NCBI GenBank assembly: GCA_963693365.1
Contig: CAVNZM010000006.1
Location: 5,931,264 to 5,995,263 of the forward strand
Source of the DNA: Amoebidium appalachense
Taxonomy: Eukaryota; Protista; Ichthyosporea
Direction: 5' to 3'
DNA: 64,000 nucleotides
The notes under the pieces: generated by a model
The model's database searches: none
Told to the model about the DNA's origin: nothing
The model's input: only the letters and a program-made list of their open reading frames with translations
In this document: in pieces, positions 1 through 12,904 of the stretch
Numbering within the stretch: position 1 is the first letter of the stretch
Layout of the letters: each line of letters begins with the position of its first letter
Made by a program: the position numbers and the translations under genes

Positions 1-147
1 GGGGAGGGAGGGTATATATATGGGGGCATCCATGATTGGAAGTGAAAATTAAGGGAAGAGAAGTGAGCGTGGAGGGAGGGGAGAAAAGAGGGAACGATAA
101 TAAGGATAAGAGAAGCGGGTAACTCGGAGAGGGCGGGGGGAGTTTGG

Positions 148-178
<31 letters not shown>

Positions 179-765
179 AAGAATGCGGCACACAACAAGA
201 AAGTTGTGCAAAGGGGAAAAGGATACAAAAATAAAAACCGAGTGAGGTGAAAGATGGAAAGGGAATGTGACAGAATAGACCAAGGAAGCAAGCAAGTGCA
301 ATAAATTGCTGAAGGGGAAAAAAATAATCAGAGAAGAGGAGGAAGTGGGGAAGGGGGGGGGGGGGGGGGGGGGCTGATACCGGGAAAAAAAGAGGTGAGA
401 AAAGACAAAGGGAGTGAAGAAAGTGATGTTGGGGGGGGTGGGGGAAGGGGGAGGGGAGGGAGGAGAGGGGGGGGGGGGGGGGGGGGGGGAGGGGAGGGGG
501 GGGGGGGGGTTTTGAGAAGGGACAAGGGGAGGCCCCCGCCCCCCCGGGGGGGGGGGGGGGGGGGGGAGGGGTGAGAGGGAGGGGGAGAAGGGGGCCCCCC
601 GGGGGGGGGGGGGGGAGGGGGGGGGGGGAGGGGGGAGGGGGGGGAGTGAGAGGGATGGGGAGAAGGGGAGGCCCCCCGGGGGGGGGGGGGGGGGGGGGGG
701 GACACTGGGCAATAAGGAGAGGGGATGAGGAGGATGGGGCGGGGAGAGGGGAGGGGGGGGGTTAC

Positions 766-898
766 TTTTCGTTTTGATGTGTGCAATTGTTTTTACTTTC
801 TCCTTCCCGCCAGGGGGCACATAGTAAACCTCCACGGGGTTTGTGCACACCACCCGTTTCCAACCCTGCTTAATGGGTAACTCGTATTGCGCCATGTT
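766..898 (-). CDS. MBD (TAM-like) domain protein, tandem copy 1: MBD N-half exon; gene continues off the left window edge
   Basis: AG..GT-bounded 133-nt exon encoding [44 protein letters not shown]. Matches the MBD LPxxxGWxR..VYYxxPxGK motif. Paralogous to 5126-5258 and 11381-11515. Confidence 0.75.
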
Positions 899-924
899 CT
901 GAAATCGTAAAAAAAGGAAAAGAA

Positions 925-966
<42 letters not shown>

Positions 967-1480
967 AAATGAACGAAAGAAAGACAAACAACACGACAGA
1001 AGAGAATATAATAAGAATGCGATGCTTTTGAAAAAATTGTAAGGGAAGAAGAGAAAGGAAAAGAAAAAAGAAAGGAGGAGGGAAAGGAAAGGAAAGAAAG
1101 CTTTCGGAAATGGAACGGAAAACGAAAAGGGAAAGAAAGGTGAAAAGGAAAAGCAAAGGAAAAGGGAAAAGGGACAAGAAGGAAAAATGGAAAAGAAAAC
1201 AAAAGAGAGAAAAGAAAAGAGAGCAAAAAGAAATAGAGTAGGTGATGGTGTGTTAATATCACCGAAAGGAGACTAGATGTGAGAGTGACGTGCCTTGAAA
1301 CGAAAAGAAAAGAAACGTGGGGGTTTCGGTTTGAAGCAGACGTCTTCGATCTTTTTTTTCTTTTTCTTTCTTTTTCTTTTTCTTTTCTTATTTTTCTCCC
1401 CGGCCTTCAAAAATGCACATGAGAATAAAGGTAGGAACTAAAAAGAAGACGAGAAAAAAGAAAAAAAGGAGAAAAAAAAA

Positions 1481-1511
<31 letters not shown>

Positions 1512-1569
1512 GGTTGTGACCTCAAGTTGAGTGATTAATCTGGTGTCATTGTAATCGTGCATGATCGTG

Positions 1570-1609
<40 letters not shown>

Positions 1610-2150
1610 GAAACATGATAATGGTGCCGGCATCACATTCGACAGCTACACACTATGTCTGACAGCTGTGACATGAAGGTGACGTGAGCACGAAACGGTC
1701 GCGTGTGAATTTGCCACACATGACATTAATATTTGAATCAAAGCACCGTGTGATCGCCGATAAAGGAACTAGAGGAAATGACGGTATAGTATCTTCTGTT
1801 GTATCAGGAGCAATGCTATTCTTAGCATTCCTTACTAATTATGATACCAAAGTGAATATTGAGTTATGTATATATGCATTGAGTAATCGACGAGTAGCAA
1901 CTCACATGAACCTCAGAGTCTCTGATATTTTCAATATTAGTGTGACATTGTGTAAAGCATGCTGACAGGTAAAGATGGAGTATGTCACATGTGCCTATTA
2001 TCAGTAAAACCACTCGGTCTGTCCGTCATCACAAAAAAACGTTTGGAGGACCTGGTGTCCCAGTGTTTTCAATGGTGGGTGGGCGGGCGGCGGCGGCTGC
2101 GGCGGCGCCGGTGGTGGTGGTGGTGGTGGTGGTGGTGGTGGTGTGTGTGT

Positions 2151-2216
<66 letters not shown>

Positions 2217-2429
2217 TCATGCATCTCATCCCTGTGTCACTTCTTAGTAAGTGGTGGCTCCTTCCACACTCCCCAATCCCTTTACCGGTCAGCATCTGTT
2301 CACTTGAGCCCCCCCATTCGAAATGTTTCTTAAACAACGTCTAGGGTGTGGAGTTTTCTTTTGACTGGATTTATTCAACGGAGAGATATGTAAGTATGCA
2401 CGGCATACTTAGGAGGTAATAAAACTTAA

Positions 2430-2930
2430 ACCTCACGAGTTATCCAGTAACAAGTGCATACTGAGATACCTAACCTTGTGTGAAAATCATATAGAAATTC
2501 ACTATGATGAAGAGCAATATTCAACAAGAAATCTAAAATGTTGACATTGCCAGCCAATGCAGAAGAAACCCGTATATACGTAGGGAAAGAGGCAAAACGC
2601 AACATAATCACAACGTGCTTTCAATTGTTAATGAAAAGTTCAGCACAAAAATGGCACCAACGGCGATGGAAACAAGAATACAACGCCACTGCACAACTTT
2701 CCATGCAATATCAACATCAGAGCACCATACAACAGATTTACGAGGGTTGCAACTATATGCACAGCAGGTGTGAGAAATGTATCCTGCCAGAGCTCCCAAA
2801 GAACGATAATGATCATTACTAAGCCAAGTTGCCTGAGTAACATAACACATGCAGACTGAAGTTTACCTTTGATTTCTTTATCAAAATGAGAAATAAACTT
2901 ATGCTGCGTATGATAATAACTCGAAAAAGC
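2430..2930 (-). mobile_element. Decayed non-LTR retrotransposon ORF2 C-terminal fragment (CCHC region)
   Basis: Across frameshifts the minus strand reads QWR..FHRRWCHFC....IES..YVAFC..F..IR, resembling the GRW..R.CxxC..E..H...C knuckle at the end of LINE ORF2. Heavily degenerate. Confidence 0.35.
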
Positions 2931-3343
2931 AGAATAAACAGGAAGAGAAAAGAAATTAAGGGACAATTCCTCCATACGAAATTTCGGTAACTTTGCGGCC
3001 GGCGGTGGGTTTTTTGGGTGGTGAATCTGGAATTTCATGAACCTCCGGTAATATTCGGACGGTTTCTTGGGGGACAGGTGGTGTAGGGATGGCTGGTTGA
3101 TCTTGCCGTTTGCGATTCTGTGTGTGCCGGTTTGGAAGCTGGTGATAGAAATTGCGGATTCGGGCCTCAGCTGCAGCAAAAAAAATATATATGTATATAT
3201 ATATATACATGATATATATATAACGGGGGGAGCCCCTCCCTCCCTCCTTCCCCCCCCCAAAATGAGTATCCAAAACAGGCAGAGTCCATCCTCAGAAGGG
3301 GCCCAAGTAATCCGCAGTACCCGAGTTTGCACGAATGAGGAAA

Positions 3344-3384
<41 letters not shown>

Positions 3385-3580
3385 CTGGCTCGGGGGGGGG
3401 GGGGGGGGGGGGGGGGGGAGGGATGGGGATGACGATTCACACCATACCAAGCACAAAATCACAACCCACGAATCACACCGTATATCATGCATTGATGCAC
3501 AGTCTCAGCCACGTCGTTTCCAAATAATCGTCCTCAATGACCAAATATCCCCCCCCCCCCCCCCACATACACACACACAC

Positions 3581-3623
<43 letters not shown>

Positions 3624-3944
3624 CCACCACAGCCATTCCCCTTCCTTCCCTTCCCCCTGGCAAGCGCGCACACACACTTTCAAGAATATAAAAACACACC
3701 CCACCAAAAAAAAATGAAAAATGGAGAGGGGGAGGGAGGGGGGAACCTCGACAGGAACCCAGGAGGTATTAGAGGAAGAAACAAAGTAAAAGAAATGATT
3801 CGCATCCTCTGCCCCCCCCCCCCCCCCCCCCCCTCCCCTCCCCCCACTCCCTCTTTTTTCTTATTCTTTCTTGTCCTTTTTCTTATTCTCTTTTGGTAAG
3901 GTAATTGTGGTGGTGAGGGTGGTGTATGTGTATGTGTATGTCCA

Positions 3945-3976
<32 letters not shown>

Positions 3977-4252
3977 TGTGCACGCGTGTGTATGCAGATG
4001 TGTCTGCGGGTGTGTGTGTGTGCACGCGCGTACGTGCGCGCCTGTGTCAGTGTGTGTGCATATGTGCATACATGTGTGCATACGCGTGCACATGCTTGTA
4101 TGCATCCGAGTGCGCGTGAGCTTGTGCGTGCGTGTGTGCGTGCGCGTGTGCGAGTGCATGTGCCCCGGGGTGGGGCTCCGGGGGGGGGGGGGGGGGGGGG
4201 GGAGGGTGAGGGGGGAGGGGAATATTACCCTTTTTCTGAGGTGTTTAGAGGC

Positions 4253-5258
4253 CTATGTGTCTATGGGTCTTCTTTGCCCCGGAACACACACACTGGGATC
4301 AAACGAGAAATTCCAACTGCGGAGGGTGTTGTAACCCGTCGCCGACAATTCGTGAACTGTGGGGGGTACCAATGGTAAGAAAAAAAGAAATATGCTCAAT
4401 TTGAGCTCAAATTTTAACAAATGCGAGGAGTAATTTGTGCACTGTAGGGGGGGTTCCAATGGCTCTATAAACAGCATACTCTCAAATCATGATTTGGGGT
4501 TTAATATGCGAGGGGAACATGGTTACATGTGCTGTCAACTTCCTTTCTTATCGATAGCTTGACTCATTTTAGGTTGGGTTCGGTGGAGGAAGGGGAAGGA
4601 AGTCAAGTGTGTGTGTGTGTCGGGGGGAGGGGGGAGGGGGGAGGGGGGAAGGGGAGGAAAAGGGGGACAGGGGGGGATGAAAGGGGGTTTTTCGTGTGAT
4701 CTTGCTCACGTCTTTGTGTGCAGGGGGGGAAGGGTGGGGGGGGAGGCGAGGGGGGAGGGGAAAGAAGGATGAAAGGGGGGAGAGGAGGGTTCCGGGGGGG
4801 GGAGATGGGGGGATGGCTGATACCGCGGATAAACAAAAAAAGAAAGATCGAGAGGACACAAAAGACAAAGGGAGTGAAGAAAGTGAGGGACATTGGAGAG
4901 GGGGTGGTGTGCGTGTGTGTGTGTGTGTGTGTGTGGGGGGGGGGGGGGGGAGGGGGGGAGGGGGGAGGGGAGGGGATAAGGGGGAGGGGGGGGGGGAGAG
5001 GGAGAGAGAGAATAGGAGGGGGGGGGGGGGGGGGGGAGGGGGTGGGACACTGGGGCAAGAAAGAGGGGATGAGGAGGCAAGCCGGGGTCCCGGGGGGGGG
5101 GGGGGGGAGGGGGGGGGGGGGTTACATTTGACTTTGATGTTTGAAATTGTTTTTAGCTTCTTCTTCTCTCCAGGGGCCACATAGTAAACCTCCACAGGGT
5201 CTGTGCACACCACCCGTTTCCAACCCTGCATGATGGGCAACTCGTATTGCGCCATGTT
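4253..5258 (-). pseudogene. MBD domain protein, tandem copy 2: truncated or MBD-only
   Basis: Exons 5126-5258 ([43 protein letters not shown]) and 4229-4356 ([22 protein letters not shown]..). The second exon is 8 nt longer than in copy 3, giving TAG at 4253-4255. The homolog of the terminal exon (~2975-3117) is out of frame and truncated. Confidence 0.7.
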
Positions 5259-6360
5259 CTGAAATGGAAAAAAAAAAAAAAGAAAGAATGAAAGAAAAGA
5301 GCGAGAAGAAAACGAAAATGAAAGGGTATAGGAAAACGAAAAGGGAAAGGAAAAGTAAAAGGAAAAGGAAAGCGGGAAAAGGGGAAAGAAAAAAGGCAGA
5401 AGAGAGTAGTGAACCGAGAGCGAAAAGAAAGTAGGGGATGGTGTGTTCGTAGAGGCAGGATACTAAACTTGAGAAGACGTGCTTGGAAATGGAAGAAGGG
5501 AAACGTAGCGGGTTAGTTTTGAAGCAGATGCTCCCTTTTTTTCCCTTTTTGTTTTTCCGGCCTTCAACTAGTAACCCATGTGAGCATGTAGGCAAAAATA
5601 AAAAATCAGAACTCGGAAAAGAAAGGAAAAACGGAGAAGTGGTTTTTGACCAATATTGTGGCCTCAAGTTGATGGATTAATCTGGTGTCATTGTGATTGT
5701 GGTTTAAGTGTGAATATACAGCCACACATGACATTAAAATTTGAATCAAAGCACAATCCCGATGAAGGGACTATAAAGGAATGAATGATATTTTGTATTG
5801 TATCGAAAGCAATGTTTGTTTAAGCATTCATCTGAGCTTGTTTCCTTTCCTTCACCGCCTGTTGAATAAAAAGCCTCGACAATTGACTCGTTATCCGACC
5901 CATGAGTTATTTACGCGTGTGGTAATTCCCACGAGATTTTGCTATGCTGACAGGTATATCACCAGTGTCTATCAGCAAGACAACACCACTCTCATTATCA
6001 TCACAAAATAATGGTTGTGAAGGGAAAGGGAGTAGATTTGAACGGAAGCTGGGGTTCAGATCAGGGGGCGTGGGGGGGGGGGGGGGGGGGGGGGGGGAAG
6101 AGGGGGGAGAGGAGGGGGGAGGAGGAGGGAAGAGAGAGAGAGAGAGCGAGAGATAGGGGGAGGGGCCCTGAAGGGAAGGAGGAGGGAAGGGGGCGGGGGG
6201 GACTGGGGGGTGGGGGGGAGTCACATTGCATCCCTGGGTCACTTCTTACTGACGGTCCTTCGAAGATTCTCCGCTCAAGCCCGGCCCCCTTTACCGGTCA
6301 ACATCTCCTCCACTCAAGCCCCCCCGTTGCTTAAACAACTTCCAGGGTGTGACGTTTCAG

Positions 6361-6401
<41 letters not shown>

Positions 6402-6572
6402 ACATACACACACGTGCACCCCCCCCCCCAAAAAAACAAAAAAACAAAACAAAAAAAGACGTACCCAGCTATAGGAGAATAGATGGTGTTTGTTTGTTGT
6501 TGTTGTATTTCCCAGCTATAGGAGAATAGATGGTGTTTGTTTGTTGTTGTTGTTGTATTTTTTTATTTTTTT

Positions 6573-6603
<31 letters not shown>

Positions 6604-6694
6604 AGGGGAGGAGGAGGAAGGAGGGATTTGAGCTCCAGAGTCTAGACATTTGTAACAGTATTAAACAAGAGCGTGTAGGTGTCCAAAGGAAAAA

Positions 6695-6726
<32 letters not shown>

Positions 6727-7362
6727 GCTAATTCGGTCTTGAACAAATAATTAAGATCCATCAACGGTTCGTTTGTAATCTCCATTCACAAAACTCGCTA
6801 TTCTCTATTATACTGCTCTTGCTCGGAATTTACTAAACTGAATACATCTGTTGATTAGAATTAACATACTATCATTCATTAGAGTCTATCTCCTATGGAT
6901 TCAACATGTTTCGTCCGTCTATAGATTTTTCGCGTAAAATTTTTCTTTTGAATGGATTTATTCGACGGAAAGAGGTAAAACGCGACATAAAAACTCACAC
7001 CTATCAACATGCTTGCGATTAAAAAGATCAGCACAAAAGATAATACTCCAACAACGTATAGAGCACAGTATATCACAGTATATTACGCGAGCGAAGTAGC
7101 AACCAGCACTATCTGGTGTTGATATTAACATATCCAAATTTCTACGCAAATTACAGTTATATTTCAATTCATCTAACGCAATTATGGCGTAAGCACTTCA
7201 AACCCCGTATGTACTTTCTATATGCCTGCCGGAGCAAAAACATCTACGGTTATAAACAAATACAAATTCAAATCCTACGTGCACAGAGGCTCTGAAATAC
7301 CATATAACAAGAAATACTAACCCATTAAAAATAAACACCGACCTGTAATTGGATGGTGACTA

Positions 7363-8445
7363 TCATATGAATATTCCTTTAGGGGGTTCCCATACGGGGT
7401 TTCCCGAACATTGCCCAATACGGGGAGCGTCCGGGCCGGGAAGAAATATTGCGTGCCGGGCGACAAAGCACGATTTTTGCATATTTTCATTCACTGCCCG
7501 GTCTTTTTCTGTTCGTTTTACGAGAGCAGGTGAAGGAAGAACGAGATAGCGGTTTGCGGAAAACGCCGGGCGATATCTCCCTTTGTGGGGTCTCTTCTCC
7601 GTCTGAATTTCATCTTGTGCCTTCCTCTTTCGTGATTGGTCGGTCGTGGGCGATTCCGTACTTTCATTGGTCGCTGGTGGGTTCGTTTCTGTGATTTCAT
7701 TCTTTAAAATTTCCGGTGTGATTATTGTTGATACTTCGGGTACAATTTCCTGATTAGACTCAAAGTCTTCGGTTTCAGGAGTGGGCTCCTGTCTTTCAAT
7801 CGTCGTCGGTGGAGCTTCGCCCGTGTTCTTGAATCCCCCCGAATATTCAGGCCATGTGGGGTTCGGATGAGGGGGAGAAGCAGGCAGCGAATCATCGTCC
7901 GATGAGTCGATCTTGACCGGACGAAATTTCGGTTGGGGGGCTGACTTCTGATTGGTGGAACCTTGGGTGGAAATCGTCTTTTTCTGAACCGTTAGTGGGG
8001 TGTTGCCTGGTTTCTTCGCATTCGCAAGAGTTTTGGGGGGGGGTGTGGTTTTCAACTGTGTTACATTCGCCTGAGTGTTGGGGGGTTTCTTCAACTGTAT
8101 TCCATTCGAGAGAGAGTTAGCCGAATTTTTTAACTGTATCCCATTCGCAAGAGTGTTGGGGGACTTTGGGCGAACGTGGTGGCATTTCGTCGCCGCGTTT
8201 GCCATCCCCGTGTGTGGTTTTGGTTTTGTCCCCTTAGACACAACCTTGGTGGGGGTGTGCGAATGAAATTTCGGTACCTTTGCAGCCGGCAGTGGGTTTT
8301 TTGGGGGAGAATCTTGGATTTCAAACACCTCTGGTGAATTTCGGACGGTTTCTTGGGAGAAAGAAGGTGGTAGATGCTGCGATTCTGTGTGTGTGCCGAG
8401 TGGGAAACCGGGGTTAGAAATTGTTGATTCAGGCTTCAGCCTCAG

Positions 8446-8479
<34 letters not shown>

Positions 8480-10347
8480 ACAAAAAAAAAGGGGGGGGGG
8501 GGGGGGGGGGGTTTGAATGCGTCAAAAAAGTACGAAGTACACAAGAACAAACGGATAACACGATGCAGAATGCAAGCCATACATAAAGAGTATGCATAAT
8601 AAGCAGAGCCCATCCTCAGGGGGGGCCCACGTCATCCACAGTACCCGAGTTTCGACCTATTCCCCTCGTTAACGAAACCCAACTCAGATACTGTTTCACT
8701 TGAACATGAGTAGGTCACCCGTCTTGATCAGAGACGAGCAGGGTTGCTTATGGGGGAAGGGTTCGGAATGTGTTACACCTTACAAGCACAAAGCCACACC
8801 CAACAACAAGCACCATACGTTCATGCAAAAAATAAAGATCAGACAAGAGTATGTATGTAACAAGAGAAAAGCCGATGCCCAAGGTGGGATTTGGGGGTCC
8901 CCCCCCCCCAAAACCCACCCACCCCCTCCACACACACGCACACACACACCACCACCACGACACAACCACCACCGAAAAAAAGAACTTTGCATTTGCCCCC
9001 CCCCCCCCCCCCCCCCCCCTTTCACCCACCACACACACACAAACACCTGCCCACCCAACCCCCCTCTCAATATTTACTCCCGCTTCTCTTCGCTCCCTAT
9101 TGATACAGTATGGCAGGGGAAACAAACATACACGCCCACACACCGAGAAAAAAAAGAAGGACCCCCCCCCCCCCCCCCCCCACAAAAAAAAAAAAAAAAA
9201 AAAAAGGGTCCATGGACACACGCCACGGATATATGTGGGGTAGGGGCGAGGAGCGAGGGCGGGGGCGAGGATGCCGGGGGGAGGGGGGGGAGGGGGGTGG
9301 GGGTGAGGGGGGGGGGGGGGGGGGGGGGTGAGGGGGGGAGGGGGGGGGGGGGGGGGGCACCGCGGAGACTCTAGGAAACATTCAAACGGTGATAAAAAGT
9401 AAAAGAAAAGAGGAAGGAAAAAGGACGGACAGCCTTTCCCTTTTCCCCTGTATTTTTTCTGTCAAAATTTTTTGCTCCCTTCCTTAAGGTAAGGTGATGG
9501 TGAGGATGGTGGTGGTGTGTGTATGTGTAAGTATGTGCGGCGGGCGTGTATGTGTGCGTGTGCATGTTCGTGTGTACGCATCTGTAACTACATGTGCGTG
9601 TGGGCTGGTGTGTGTGTGTGTGTGTGTCTGCGCCCAGACACACGCGCCTGTGTTTGTGCCTCCGTGTGTGCGTATGTGCATACATGTGTGTGTGTTTGTG
9701 TGTGTGTGTGCGCGCGTGTGTGGGCAGCGCGTATGTGCACGTGTGTGTGTGTGTGTGTGTTGGGGAGTGGCGAGAGAGGAGAGGGGGGGTTCGGGGAGAG
9801 GTGAGGGCAGGAAAGGAGAGGAGAAGGGTGAGGGTGGGGGGTGAGGGGGAGGGAAGGGGGGGGGGGGGGGGGGGGGGGGGGAGGGGGCTAATACCATTTT
9901 TCTGAGGTGTTTGGAGGCCTGTGTGTCTTGTTTGCCCCGGCACACGCACACTGGGATCAAACGAGAAATTCCAACTACTAAGAGTTTTGTAGCCCTTCAT
10001 CGACAATTCGTGGACTGTGGGGGGTACCAATGGTAAGAAACCCACAAAAACCCAAAAGGTGCACGAGATTTTGGGTGCAAAGTCAGTGGGGGAGGACGTT
10101 GAGATGTGCTGCTAGCGTTCCATTCTTCTGTGTTTATTCATTTGTTTGATTTAGTTAATGGTTGGTGTCGGGGGGAGGGTAGGGAAGTAGGGGGCAAGGG
10201 GAAGACGGGGTGGGGAAAGGGATGCGGGGAGGAGGGGAACGGGGGGAGGGGGAAGGGGGGAGAGAGATATATGCATTAGAGGGTGACTGTATGTGTGCGT
10301 GTGTTTCTGTGTGTGTGTTTATATATATATATCTTTCTCTCCCTTCC

Positions 10348-10396
<49 letters not shown>

Positions 10397-10442
10397 ATGT
10401 CTGTGGGGTCGTGTGTGTGTGTGTGTGCGTGTGTCTGTGGGG

Positions 10443-10484
<42 letters not shown>

Positions 10485-11902
10485 GGTCGTGTGTGTGTGT
10501 GTGTGTGTGTGGGTGTGGGTGCGCGCGCGCACGCACGGGTATGTGCATGCGTGCGTGCGTACATGTATGTGTCTGTGCCTGCATGTGTGTGTTTGGATGG
10601 CGGGGCGGAGCGGGGAGGGGGGGGGGCACCAAAGACTGAAGTAAAGAAAATGAAGTGAATTAAGAGCAGAGAGATGGGGAAGGGAAGGGATGGAGGGGGT
10701 GGGGGAGGGGGGGAGGGGGGAGTGACGCTGGGCTTTCCGGCAAAGAACAATGTGCGAAAGAAAAGTGTGCTTGCCTGGGAGGGGCATAACTCACAAACAG
10801 AAACATTGAATGGGGTGGAAGATGGGAAGGAAATGAAACGAGGCATATGTACAAAGGAGAAAAACAAGCAGGATGTTGGGGGGGGGGGGGGGGGGGGGGG
10901 GGGGGAGAGGGAAGGAGGGGGAGGGGGGGGGGGGGGGGGGAGCACACAACAAGTATGAATTATAAATAGAGCCCATTCTTGGGGGTTTAAGAAGGGCCGG
11001 GGGGAGGGGAGAAGGGCAGGGGGGAAGAAGGACCAACGCCTGAAAAAAACGGGAGATGTGAATAGCGAGAGAGGGTGCAACATAAAAAAAGAGGGAGAAG
11101 CCAGCTGAAGTGAACAAGGGAGAACGGGACATGTTGAAAAAAAGCTGAGCCCGCCCGGGGGAGGGGGGGGGGGGGGGGGGGAATGCGTTACAAAGTACAC
11201 ATTCACGACGGACAACACAATGCAGATGTTGCAGGAGGGGAGGGGGAAGAGGTCGGATGCTAGGGCGAGAAGGAGAGGGGATGCCGGGGGGGGGGGGGGG
11301 GGGGGGGGGGAGAGGGGGGGATTCGAATGCTGGGGCGAAAAGGAGAGGGGATGACCGGGGGGGGAGGGGGGGGAGTTTACGTTTGTCTTTGATGTCTGCA
11401 TTGTTTTTCGTTTTTTCTTCTCGCCAGGGGCCACATAGTAAACCTCTACAGGGTCTGTGCACACCACCCGTTTCCAACCCTGCTTGATCGGCAACTCCAA
11501 GAGCGCCACGTCGTTCTGAAACGAAAGGAAGAAAAGAATAAGAAGAAAAAAAATCAAGGGGGGGGTGGAGGGGGCCGGAAGGGGGAGCGGGGGAGGGGGG
11601 AGTGAAGGGGAGGGAAAAGTGAAAAGAAAGAAAAGAAAATAATAGGAGTGAAAAAAAGAGGGGGGGGGGGGGGGAGAGGGGACGAGGGGGGGGGGGAAAC
11701 AGAAGAAGAGAAAAAGAAAGAGGAAAAAGGAAAAGGAAAAAGAGAAAAGAGAGAGAGGGGGGGGAGGAAAAAAGGAAAAGAAAGAAAAGAAAAGTGAACG
11801 GGGAAGAAAGAAAAGAAAAAAGGGCGGGGGAAAAAAAAGGTGATAGGGTGTAAATGGCAGCAGGAAACTGCATGTGAGGAGTGTTCGGGCTGGAAAGAAG
11901 GA

Positions 11903-11963
<61 letters not shown>

Positions 11964-12493
11964 TGGGTGTGGGTGTGGGTGGGTGTGTTGGGGGGGGGGG
12001 GGGGGGGGGGGAGGGGGGGGGCGGGGGGCGGGGGGGCAAGAAGCATAATATGTTCCCTTTCTTTGGCCTTCATAGTTGCCAAGAAAAGCACACGTAAAAA
12101 AACAAAAAGAAAATGCCAGGAGAATGCATATAAAAGTGGGACCTTTGATCTTGACAGACCCCCCCCCCTCCCCCTCCTCCTCCTCCTCCCCCCCCCCCCC
12201 CCCCGCCCGCCCACCCTCATCCTCTTTCCCTCCTGCTCACTCTTCTTCATGCCCATCCCCAACGATACCATCCTTATCTCTCTACTCTTCAGGCTGCGTG
12301 TGCATACTAAATGGGCACTATGCACGTATATGTGCATGTGAGTAGGTATGTGTGAACGTGCGTGCCTGCGTGTGTGTGTATGTGTGTGTGTGCGTGTGTG
12401 CGTGTGTGTGTGCGTGGGTGTGTGTGTGCGTGTGTGTGTGCGTGCGTGCGGTGTGTGTGTGTGTGTGTGTGTGTGCATGTGTGTATGTGTGTA

Positions 12494-12524
<31 letters not shown>

Positions 12525-12527
12525 GTA

Positions 12528-12563
<36 letters not shown>

Positions 12564-12730
12564 CATGCGCACGTGAGTGAGTGAGTGTGTGTGTACGTGT
12601 ATGTGTGTATGTGTGTGTGTGTGTGTATGTGTGTGTGTGTGATACGAGACATGCACGGGCGCTTGTGTCATTGAACTATTCGACTACTGTTTGACAGGGT
12701 GCATACCGGTCTGTTGTTGATGTGTTGCAT
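7363..12730 (-). CDS. MBD domain protein, tandem copy 3 (~433 aa: N-terminal MBD plus long disordered P/K/T-rich tail)
   Basis: Exons: candidate 12707-12730 (MQHINNRP), 11381-11515 ([38 protein letters not shown]), 9895-10014 ([26 protein letters not shown]), 7363-8384 (CTAAC branch point upstream of the acceptor; RKRK NLS-like motif). Exon 11381-11515 lacks 1 nt relative to its paralogs (ACAAT-GCA), either a frameshift or a consensus error. Confidence 0.7.
8512..8752 (-). mobile_element. SINE-like repeat family A, full-length copy (intron of MBD copy 3)
   Basis: 241 bp, identical to 33119-33358 except for one A in an A-run. Abuts a G-run at 8491-8511, which is a poly(C) 3' tail on the minus strand. 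Confidence 0.8.
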
Positions 12731-12904
12731 GGTTGAAAGGCTAGTGATTAGCTCCGTTATCCCCGTAATGTGATTTCCTTGTCAGGAAAAAGAATGAAAA
12801 GAAGAGAAAGAAAAGGGGATATCCATTTTCTGGAAACCCCAAGGCTTTGAAAGCTCAGCTGACTCTGAGCTGAGTTGCGAGAAGTCAAAGCTCGGGAGCA
12901 ATCT

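Larger units (their letters stand above)
760..11520 (-). repeat. Tandem segmental duplication of the MBD gene unit (3 copies; offsets ~4.36 kb and ~6.25 kb)
   Basis: Exons and non-coding blocks are shared, e.g. 1515-1552 ~ 5656-5695, 1713-1746 ~ 5721-5754, 2230-2350 ~ 6230-6350, 4229-4380 ~ 9895-10040. Confidence 0.85.

Noticed and set aside
6465-6557. ~46-bp tandem duplication CCCAGCTATAGGAGAATAGATGGTG..
   Set aside because: Simple local duplication or assembly slip with no further structure.
8590-8752. Hammerhead ribozyme in family A/B (minus strand GAAAC-UCGG-GUA, CUGAGGA; CUGAUGA at ~26780)
   Set aside because: Core words and a self-complementary stem III are present, but I could not form stem I or a properly placed stem II in any topology. 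Worth a cmsearch against hammerhead models, but not supportable by eye.
10319-12652. 777-aa ORF and the many other HT/CV/poly-P/poly-G ORFs across the window
   Set aside because: These are translations of (CA)n and G/C homopolymers that lack stops. Only the embedded exons are real.
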